From contig NIVC01000201.1 in assembly GCA_002269645.1 (NCBI GenBank), forward strand, positions 62,001-126,000: 64,000 nucleotides of DNA, written 5' to 3'. This DNA is from Macrostomum lignano. Taxonomy: Eukaryota. The notes below the pieces were generated by a model. That model ran no database searches. It saw only the letters and a list, made by a program, of their open reading frames with translations, and was not told the origin of the DNA. The position numbers and the translations under genes were made by a program. Shown one piece after another: positions 1 to 10,360 of this stretch (position 1 is its first letter; every line of letters starts with the position of its first letter).

Positions 1-3000
1 AATCATAGAAGCGTCATGTAAAAATCATAGAAGCGTCATTAAAAAATCATAGAAGCGTCATGTAAAAATCATAGAAGCGTCATGTAAAAATCATAGAAGC
101 GTCATGTAAAAATCATAGAAGCGTCATGTAAAAAATCATAGAAGCGTCATGTAAAAATCATAGAAGCGTCATGTAAAAATCATAGAAGCGTCATGTAAAA
201 ATCATAGAAGCGTCATGTAAAAATCATAGAAGCGTCATGTAAAAATCATAGAAGCGTCATGTAAAAATCATAGAAGCGTCATGTAAAAATCATAGAAGCG
301 TCATGTAAAAATCATAGAAGCGTCATGTAAACAATCATAGAAGCGTCATGTAAACAATCATAGAAGCGTCATGTAAACAATCATAGAAGCGTCATGTAAA
401 AATCATAGAAGCGTCATGTAAACAATCATAGAAGCGTCATGTAAAAATCATAGAAGCGTCATGTAAAAATCATAGAAGCGTCATGTAAAAATCATAGAAG
501 CGTCATGTAAAAATCATAGAAGCGTCATGTAAACAATCATAGAAGCGTCATGTAAACAATCATAGAAGCGTCATGTAAACAATCATAGAAGCGTCATGTA
601 AAAATCATAGAAGCGTCATGTAAAAATCATAGAAGCGTCATGTTAAAAATCATAGAAGCGTCATGTAAAAATCATAGAAGCGTCATTAAAAATCATAGAA
701 GCGTCATGTAAAAATCATAGAAGCGTCATTAAAAATCATAGAAGCGTCATGTAAAAATCATAGAAGCGTCATGTAAAAATCATAGAAGCGTCATGTAAAA
801 ATCATAGAAGCGTCATGTAAAAATCATAGAAGCGTCATGTAAACAATCATAGAAGCGTCATGTAAAAATCATAGAAGCGTCATGTAAACAATCATAGAAG
901 CGTCATTTAAAAATCATAGAAGCGTCATGTAAACAATCATAGAAGCGTCATTAAAAATCATAGAAGCGTCATTAAAAATCATAGAAGCGTCATGTAAACA
1001 ATCATAGAAGCGTCATTTAAAAATCATAGAAGCGTCATGTAAACAATCATAGAAGCGTCATTAAAAAATCATAGAAGCGTCATGTAAACAATCATAGAAG
1101 CGTCATGTAAAAAATCATAGAAGCGTCATGTAAACAATCATAGAAGCGTCATGTAAAAAATCATAGAAGCGTCATGTAAAAATCATAGAAGCGTCATTAA
1201 AAATCATAGAAGCGTCATGTAAAAAATCATAGAAGCGTCATGTAAAAATCATAGAAGCGTCATGTAAACAATCATAGAAGCGTCATGTAAACAATCATAG
1301 AAGCGTCATGTAAACAATCATAGAAGCGTCATGTAAAAAATCATAGAAGCGTCATGTAAACAATCATAGAAGCGTCATGTAAAAAATCATAGAAGCGTCA
1401 TGTAAAAATCATAGAAGCGTCATTAAAAATCATAGAAGCGTCATGTAAAAATCATAGAAGCGTCATGTAAAAATCATAGAAGCGTCATGTAAAAAATCAT
1501 AGAAGCGTCATGTAAAAAATCATAGAAGCGTCATGTAAAAATCATAGAAGCGTCATGTAAACAATCATAGAAGCGTCATGTAAACAATCATAGAAGCGTC
1601 ATGTAAACAATCATAGAAGCGTCATGTAAAAATCATAGAAGCGTCATTTAAAAATCATAGAAGCGTCATGTAAAAATCATAGAAGCGTCATGTAAAAAAT
1701 CATAGAAGCGTCATGTAAAAATCATAGAAGCGTCATTAAAAAATCATAGAAGCGTCATGTAAAAATCATAGAAGCGTCATGTAAAAATCATAGAAGCGTC
1801 ATGTAAACAATCATAGAAGCGTCATGTAAACAATCATAGAAGCGTCATGTAAAAATCATAGAAGCGTCATGTAAAAATCATAGAAGCGTCATGTAAACAA
1901 TCATAGAAGCGTCATGTAAAAATCATAGAAGCGTCATGTAAAAATCATAGAAGCGTCATGTAAAAATCATAGAAGCGTCATGTAAAAATCATAGAAGCGT
2001 CATGTAAACAAGAAGCGTCATGTAAAAATCATAGAAGCGTCATGTAAAAATCATAGAAGCGTCATGTAAAAATCATAGAAGCGTCATGTAAAAATCATAG
2101 AAGCGTCATGTAAAAATCATAGAAGCGTCATGTAAAAATCATAGAAGCGTCATGTAAAAATCATAGAAGCGTCATGTAAACAATCATAGAAGCGTCATGT
2201 AAACAATCATAGAAGCGTCATGTAAAAATCATAGAAGCGTCATGTAAAAATCATAGAAGCGTCATGTAAAAATCATAGAAGCGTCATTTAAAAATCATAG
2301 AAGCGTCATGTAAAAATCATAGAAGCGTCATGTAAAAAATCATAGAAGCGTCATGTAAACAATCATAGAAGCGTCATGTAAACAATCATAGAAGCGTCAT
2401 GTAAAAAATCATAGAAGCGTCATGTAAAAAATCATAGAAGCGTCATGTAAAAAATCATAGAAGCGTCATGTAAACAATCATAGAAGCGTCATTTAAAAAT
2501 CATAGAAGCGTCATGTAAACAATCATAGAAGCGTCATGTAAAAAATCATAGAAGCGTCATGTAAACAATCATAGAAGCGTCATGTAAAAAATCGTAGAAG
2601 CGTCATGTAAACAATCATAGAAGCGTCATTTAAAAATCATAGAAGCGTCATTAAAAATCATAGAAGCGTATTTAAAAAATCATAGAAGCGTCATGTAAAC
2701 AATCATAGAAGCGTCATATAAAAATCATAGAAGCGTCATTTAAAAAATCATAGAAGCGTCATATAAAAAATCATAGAAGCGTCATGTAACAATCATAAAG
2801 CGTCATGTAAACAATCATAGAAGCGTCATGTAAACAATCATAAAGCGTCATGTAAACAATCATAGAAGCGTCATTTAAAAATCATAGAAGCGTCATGTAA
2901 ACAATCATAGAAGCGTCATTTAAAAAATCATAGAAGCGTCATGTAAACAATCATAGAAGCGTCATTTAAAAATCATAGAAGCGTCATTTAAAAATCATAG

Positions 3001-3800
3001 AAGCGTAATTTAAAAAATCATAGAAGCGTCATGTAAACAATCATAGAAGCGTCATATAAAAATCATAGAAGCGTCATGTAAACAATTATAGAAGCGTCAT
3101 GTAAACAATCATAGAAGCGTCATGTAAACAATCATAGAAGCGTCATGTAAAAATCGTAGAAGCGTCATATAAAAATCATAGAAGCGTCATTTAAAAAATC
3201 ATAGAAGCGTCATGTAAAAAATTATAGAAGCGTCATGTGAAAATCATAAAAGCGTCATGTAAACAATCATAGAAGCGTCATGTAAACAATCATAGAAGCG
3301 TCATGTAAACAATCATAGAAGCGTCATTTAAAAAATCACAGAAGCGTCATGTAAACAATCATAGAAGCGTAATTTAAAAATCATAGAAGCGTAATTTAAA
3401 AATCATAGAAGCTTAATTTAAAAAATCATAGAAGCGTCATGTAAACAATCATAGAAGCGTCATGTAAACAATCATAGAAGCGTCATGTAAAAATCGTAGA
3501 AGCATCATATAAAAATCATAGAAGCGTTATTTAAAAAAATCATAGAAGCGTCATGTAAACAATCATAGAAGCGTCATGTAAACAATCATAGAAGCGTCAT
3601 GTAAACAATCATAGAAGCGTCATGTAAAAAATCGTAGAAGCGTCATGTAAAAAATCATAGAAGCGTCATGTAAAAAATCATAGAAGCGTCATGTAAAAAT
3701 CATAGAAGGGTCAAGAAAAAATCATAGAAGCCTCATTTATAAACTAATGAAAGTGTCATTTAAAAAATTAAGAAGCATCATGGTAGAATAAAAGAAGCGT
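1..3800. repeat. 22-23 bp tandem satellite (AAAAATCATAGAAGCGTCATGT / AAACAATCATAGAAGCGTCATGT), running off the left edge
   Basis: Direct tandem units, very homogeneous to about 2600 and progressively degenerate to about 3800; no unique spacers. Confidence 0.98.
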
Positions 3801-4948
3801 CATGTCAGACATGAAGGGTGTCATGTAAAAATTAAATGCAGCTATAATGCTGTGCTGGGGAGAAAAACTGAGACGTAAAGGCTCTCAGAGAATAACTGAG
3901 ATTACGGGGGGGGGGGTTTCTGAGATGTCAAAGCAAAAGTCAGAAGCTACTTCAAAGTTCATGTACTTTACTCAATTTTTTTATTGCATTCTTTGTTGGC
4001 TCGCCACGGGGGGGGGCGCTGATAGAAGAAGAGTCATGTAAAAAATAAAAGTAGCACTATGTATACATAAAAGAAAAGTCATGTCGAAGTTAAAAGATTC
4101 ATTTGGGAATTGCTACGATGTCAAAGCTTGGTGGAAATCGTTATAGTGCTGTGATTCTTAAAGAAGGAATCACTAAAATGTCAAGGCTTAGGGGAGAAGA
4201 ATTGCTGAGATTTCAAGGCTTTAGGTTGGGTTAAAGTTAGGTTTAGGTCAGGTTTGGGTTGAGGGTTATATTTTATCGGGTTTCAAGGTTAACAGGGGAT
4301 TTTTTAGATTTCAAGGTTTATGGGGGCCATCGCTGACATGTCAAGGCTTACGGGGGAATAGCTGAGATGTCAAGGCTCACGGGGGTATAAATGAGATTTC
4401 AAGGCTAAAGTCAGAAGCTACATGTAGTTTATTGAAAACTTATTGTAACTTTTTATTACATTATTTGATGCCTCCTCAGGGGAGGGATCGCTGATAATAA
4501 AAAAGCGTAATGTAAAAAATAAAAGAAGCTTCATGTCGAAGTTAAGAGATTCATTTGGGAATCCCTACGATGTCGAGGCTTGTAGGGAATCGCTATAATC
4601 CTGTAGTAGTGCTATTATGACTCTTAGAGAGAATTACTGAAATTTCAATGCTTAGGGTTAGGTTAGGGTTATGGTTAGGGTTAGGGTTAGGGTAAGGGTT
4701 AGGGTTAGGCTAGGGTTAGGGTTAGAAGGTTGACAGATATTTTTAGATTTCCAAGGCTTATTGGGGGCATTGCTGAGATGTCAAGGGGGGAAGTTGATAT
4801 GTTAAAGCTTGTGGGGGGGAATTACTGACATGTCAAGGCTTACAAGGTTTGACAGGAGATTTTTTAAGATTTCAAGGATACATGTAGCTTATTAAAAAAA
4901 CGTGTATTGCATTTCTTTGGCTCCCCAACGGGGGGCGTAGATTGCTAG
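3800..4948 (+). mobile_element. 3' part of a non-autonomous Helitron-like element
   Basis: Ends with a GC hairpin (CTCCCC-AAC-GGGGGG, 4921-4935), a short spacer, CTAG (4945-4948) and then T, the Helitron 3' signature. It contains degenerate TGAGATGTCAAGGCT repeats. The same terminus recurs on the minus strand at 28513 and 48880. Confidence 0.7.
4652..4725 (+). repeat. Short imperfect (TTAGGG)n tract
   Basis: About 12 units of TTAGGG and variants; a more degenerate copy lies at about 4221-4268. Confidence 0.9.
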
Positions 4949-5886
4949 TTTATACTAACAATAATGAACAGGTTAGCTGAATTATTTATGGTGAATAAAT
5001 AAGAGAAGAGAGAAGACAACGGAGTCCCACGACGATATATAGAACCCCGGCTGCCGAGAGGGCTGTCTAAAATGACTGAATGTCGCCAATATAAATAAAC
5101 TTACAGTGGCCAATTTGTTATAACCAGAGTCGATTTTTCTGATTTGGTGCAGCCCAGGCAACCGCGGGCGACCTCTTGATCATCGACCTTGAACTTGAAC
5201 TCAAGGGCCGAACTTGACAGGTTCGGTCATAAATATTAATTAAAAAATAGGGAAAAGCTAGCCAAAAGGGACTCCTCTTCCAAACACTTTTGGCGCCGAA
5301 AGTGACACCTTGTCAGTGCCCATAAAACATAACTAAAAGTAAGTTGAATGAGAAAAAACCAACTGAATGCCAAAAAAATTCATTTTTAGCCAGTGACAGA
5401 TGACGATATGCTCGAAAGTCTACTATCGGCCGAAAATTGGACACTTTCGGTCCCTCGGGCTCATTGTTAACTTATTGAGGCCACTTTTCGCTTTGCCTAC
5501 TAATTTGTCTCTTACTCATTACGAGCGTACAGTTAGAACTACTATTGTCACCCTTTCATAATGAGCGACAAATGCAAAAGTACTGCGAAATGGTTCAATT
5601 CAAAGGAATCAAAGGTTTGCTTGCTTTCGCGTATTGGGATCGGATTTTTGCGAAAATCGAAATTCACGTCATGCCACGGCCACTGACTTGGAGTAACAAT
5701 TACGAGCGTAGAAAGAAAATGAGAATTGTTTAATCACTTACGACACACAGTGGTAATATGGCCATTTTTACCAAAGTATGGAAACTTGTAGGGCAAATGA
5801 TATATGCCAACGCAGATCTATGCGAATTATATGCCTCACATTTGATCAAGAATGCCCATAAGTTGTCTTCTTTTAAATACACTAGA

Positions 5887-7901
5887 TGATGTAACCACGC
5901 TCTGGTCGCGGGATATGGCAAGGGAATTTTTTCAAAAGTACCTCCGATCTCCGTGCACCTCCGGAGCAGAGCCGTCGAGACTGGGCCAGGTCTCTGACCA
6001 GGCCTGCTGACTCCCGCTCTGCTGCACCCCCTGCTGCCTCGGCTCCGTCTCCCACGCCGCCACGCATGCCTTTCCGGAGCCCCTATCCCTCTCTGTACCT
6101 CATCCGCTACCCTATTTCCCATGCGTTCTACCCTATCTATCATGTACTTTTCCCGCTTCCCATCTTTTTGCACTGTTTTCCTGCGCTGTCCCCCCTCTTC
6201 TGGTACCTACTGACAGTACTTTGTGCGCTCATCGTCACCCCATCCCTTACTTAAACTCCCAAACGGTGACGCAAGTCTTGTGACCCCTCGGCCCTCTTTC
6301 CCCTCGATGACTCATCACCCTCTCTTGCGCAACCTTTTCTCATGCCATTGTTCTCCTCCCCAAATTTCTCATGCGACACCCACCCCACCTCCGCTTCTAT
6401 TGTTCTCGTTTTTTATTCTTTTGTTCTCGTCTTCGCACCCAATTATCACATTTTCTCCGATTTTCTCTTTCTTTTGTTCTCGTTTTCGCACCCAATTAGC
6501 ACCTTTTCTGTAATGTTTACTTTTCTATTGTTATCGATTCTCCCCAATTATCCCCGATTTCCATTTCCTTTGTTCTCGACCCCAGCCCCATTGTTCTCAA
6601 TGTTTGCTCGCGCAACACTTTCGCGACCTCCCGCTGCGCCAATTATCCTCCCACCCCACCTCCAGATTGCGCAATTTTCCCATTTATCATGTTGCTATGC
6701 CGTTCTCATGCTTCTCATTATGACTCATTCTGACGTCATTTTTCCGGCAGCCAATCAGAGAGAGGGAGTCATGCAAACGACCTTGAGGCGGCGGCTGGGA
6801 AGGCTATATAAGGAAGCGGTTTTCGGCATGGGCCGTGGTTTTGTCTCGCATAGAGACGCCTAACCGCAGTCACTCCTGTGAAACTTGTCTCTGCCTGGCT
6901 GAAAGCTTGTAATGAGTGAGTAGGCTGGGTTGGAGGGTAATAGTGGATCGGGAAGGGCTGTGGGTAGCTGTATAGGAAGGCAGGCCTATACCTGTACCAA
7001 GGTGCTCTGACGGTATCCCTCAGGCGCCCTCTGAGCGTACAGCCAGCGACCCTATTAAAGCTGGAGTGTGCCAGAACCAGGACTGAGTCTGAGCAGGACG
7101 AGACCGTTGGCACGGTCACTATAGAAATGGCGGGTTGGCGAAGCAAAGGGTGAAACAGTCCCGGCGAATAGCCCTCCTGCCGCTTCAAAGATTAGAGACT
7201 GTCTGGCAAGAGTACCCGGGGTCTAGTTGGGGGGGAGGCTCCTTCGGGTTGCCACGGCCGTGGGGGCGGTCAACTGACCGGTTTATTTGGCTTATCTAAC
7301 CCAGGAGAAGGCACGGGCTTCCCTGATTGGTTCTCTCAACCCCCACGGGCCTCGGGGAGGTTTATGATTTGTACCCGGGGGTAGAGGGGCGGTCGGCCCC
7401 AGCATGGATGCCACGGCTCTTGGCCTTCGGGCCTTCCTAATAGGCTAAGGGGTCTATCTAACCTGGTTTTTGGGCACGGGCTCCTGACTGGTTCGTCGAA
7501 CCGCTACTGTCCCCCGGGGAGGTTTGGTTTTTTTGATACAGCCCTGTACAGTCCTCTATAGTCTAACTTGGCTTTTTGTGTACATTAGTACACTCCCTAT
7601 CAGGAAACTTATTTATATCTAGTGGCGTAAGAGCCTTTTTCAATGGCTGAGGCGCCGGAATTACTTATCAAGTTAAGTTAAGCATGGGAATCCTCAACTT
7701 TTGAGACTTTGGCTCTCCTCTGGTCCTTCTTTGGACTCGCTGTCAGACCTTGATCTGACCCATTCGTCTATAGGACGAACCTCTGCCGGCCCGCGGTCTG
7801 TTACCGCCCAGCATCTTCAGCATCGCCTGAACTACGTCAGCGCCTCGTCGCTTCAGCGCATCACAGTCTGCCTGACTGCAGTCAGCAGCCGCCCACGGTC
7901 A

Positions 7902-7933
<32 letters not shown>

Positions 7934-8882
7934 GCAGCCGCCGGTAAGTTCCTGTTACTAATTTGTGCTCTAATTGCCTTTTCTTATCCGGGGTTTGCTT
8001 ATTTCCCATTGATTGATTAGAGAGCTGAACCAATTGTGATACCGTATCTTTTGCTGTATTTTATTCAATAGTGAAGCCGCCTAATTGCCTGATTATTTTG
8101 CCTAAGGACCTAATCGTTAACTATAACTAAACCTCCTCATTATTCACACTTTCACTATCATTTCATTCATGGCTTGCTAAGCCTTTCTCCCTGGGTGGCA
8201 AAGCATAAGGAAGTTTGGGCAAGCTAATGGCCTCTCTCCGTGCAAAGCCCGCCTGTGTGTGCGTGTTGCGGGTCCGAGTGTGCGTGCAGTAGAGGGGATT
8301 AACGAGTCTTGGCACAGAATGACAGTAGGAAGGTTGCAACCCAATGCTGACGCGTCCCTTCGCCCTGAGCAATCTCAACTATAGCTAGTACATGTTCATC
8401 TCACACTACTCTTAGTAATTGAAGCCGCAAGTCTGCCTCGCTCACAGCCACAAAGAATCCCCTGCTGAGAAATCCTCCAGATTGAGCCCAGAGTTCCCGA
8501 TCATAACCCAAGCAGAGTCCCTGTACTCGGCTGCATGTGTCTCCCATGTTAGCCTAAATCTCCTGGTAATCAATCCAGGCGGGGCTCTAGCCTCGAGAGG
8601 TCTGGTAGTAAGTAAGATCCAGGTGCGCCAGGTCACATAGAGTGGTGGCAGCTATGACCGAGTGACCAACTATTGCACCTTGGCTACAGGTGGGGTCCAT
8701 GTGGGTCCTTGGCCCTCTGGTTACGAAAGCGCTACCAAAGCTATAATCATGTGGGCGGGACAGTCTGGTGCTGGAGGTCCGTCAGGTCATTGCCCGGTCA
8801 TAGGCAGCCTACGGTCATTGCCCCCTCTGGTCATGCGTTCGCCTCCCCGCGGAGCCGACGGGCGACAAGGGTGGTTACATCA
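5887..8882 (+). mobile_element. 2996-bp non-coding inserted element with TG..CA ends (solo LTR-like, or non-autonomous Ginger-like)
   Basis: 12-bp terminal inverted repeat TGATGTAACCAC (5887-5898) / GTGGTTACATCA (8871-8882). TSD TAGA at 5883-5886 and 8883-8886. The paralogous block reads continuously across this point with a single TCTA at about 35762. No convincing protein ORF. Confidence 0.9.
6720..6811 (+). promoter_or_regulatory. Pol II promoter-like motif cluster inside the 3-kb element
   Basis: ATGACTCAT (AP-1, 6720-6728), TGACGTCA (CRE, 6731-6738), CCAAT (6751-6755), octamer-like ATGCAAAC (6771-6778) and TATATAA (6805-6811), in canonical order. Confidence 0.6.
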
Positions 8883-10360
8883 TAGATTCGTTTGAAAGTA
8901 TTAGCTCATCAAGGCAATTTGTTGGCACTGGCACACTTATTGGGCCTTTACTGGCGGAGGAGGCACCCATGAGACACTTGAATTTTGCAGGTTGGGCATC
9001 CTAAACTAGTTTGTCAAGCATTCCGTTATCATCCTGACGTCGTCGGCACCTTCAACGTCGGGTTCTGGACTGGATTGGATACAGATTTTAAAAAACAATA
9101 ACGAAATATAAAATAGAAATAAATAAACAGAGCCAGCCATATTTTTGGTTAAAAGTAAAAAAGTGAAAACTAATCAATTATTTGAAGTTGGATTAACGCT
9201 TGTATCGGGTAAATTTTATATTGCTTATACGACCAAGTTGTCACTATTACAGTGATTTTCAAATCCGATACAAATAAGTTCGTATTTGAAGTTGCAAACA
9301 TACTTCAGTTCTAAGAAAACGTTAAACATTTTGATTCCTAGTTTTTTACACCAGGTAACTTTGTTATAATCAAAAGTGCGATTGCTGGTAACAACTAGCT
9401 CGTATATAGAAAAATTGTAATCTTTATTAGAATTGGAAGCATTTAGCAATAAACAGTTTAAGCAGTAAACTGCTTAACTTTAGCACCTTTCAAAACCGAT
9501 AAGGAACGAAACCGATCAGTACAGCGAAGAAAAACAAAAACTGAATTGTAAAGCGTATTAAAACATGGAAAATTAATTTTTAGGGCTATTAATCAATGAT
9601 AAATATTATTTTCTGGCTTCCACTACTGTTAACAATTTAGTAATAAATCATTGACTGACAGAGGCAATTTCAAATGTGCAAACTTTCTCTATGGATTTGA
9701 TCTGAAGTTTGGCATCCTGAATTTACATGAAGTTGAAAAATTGTCAGGAGTGACACAGCCAAGTTGTAGGGTACCGTCAGTACCCATGAGGTGCATACAC
9801 CAGGACATGCTTTGGTCCTTTGTGCTCATTTGTTTGTTTTAGGCTGGTTTTGCTGCAATGAGCTACTGAAGCAGCGCCACATTTTTGCATACTTGAAAAT
9901 GATTTCTTAAAGAGCCTCACCAGCAACGATTTTTTTGGAAAGCCAAAGCTCCTCTATTTAGGCCATAAAAAATTTGCCTCATTTGAAATTACTTTTGTCC
10001 CATGGGGCTGGAAATTGAAATTTATGGTTCAACTTGAAACAGAATGACAGAAAAATAGTCGTCTAGATAGTTATAAGAGCGTAAGCTTAACATAAACTTA
10101 CACCTTTAATTGATACTGGTTTTTCAGAAAGCACGAAAATTAACTTCTGGAATCGGACTGCCGGCGATAATATTAAGCTTAGTTTCAGGATTTCGGTCCA
10201 GGTTAAATAAAAACTTTTTCAAACAAGTTATAATGTATAAATTAACAGTAATTTAATTTAATTTAAATTTAATTTATAAATTAATTCATAAATCAACACT
10301 TCAAACTTTAGTAATTTCCAAAATTGAGCATCACTTTAAACAAAGGCAGATTCGCGGTGC

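Noticed and set aside
4652-4725. True chromosome end or telomere fusion
   Set aside because: The tract is short, imperfect, single-orientation and internal to a repeat module.
7081-7122. Hammerhead ribozyme-like string CTGAGCA-GGAC-GAGA-CCGT..ACGG-TC
   Set aside because: Two invariant core positions are wrong (CUGANGA and GAAA) and there is no proper stem II; better explained as a simple 6-bp hairpin.
6850-7560. Telomerase RNA candidate (promoter, CTAACC motifs, structure)
   Set aside because: The longest template-like match is only 7 nt, no H/ACA end was recognised, and the region lies within a TSD-flanked insertion.
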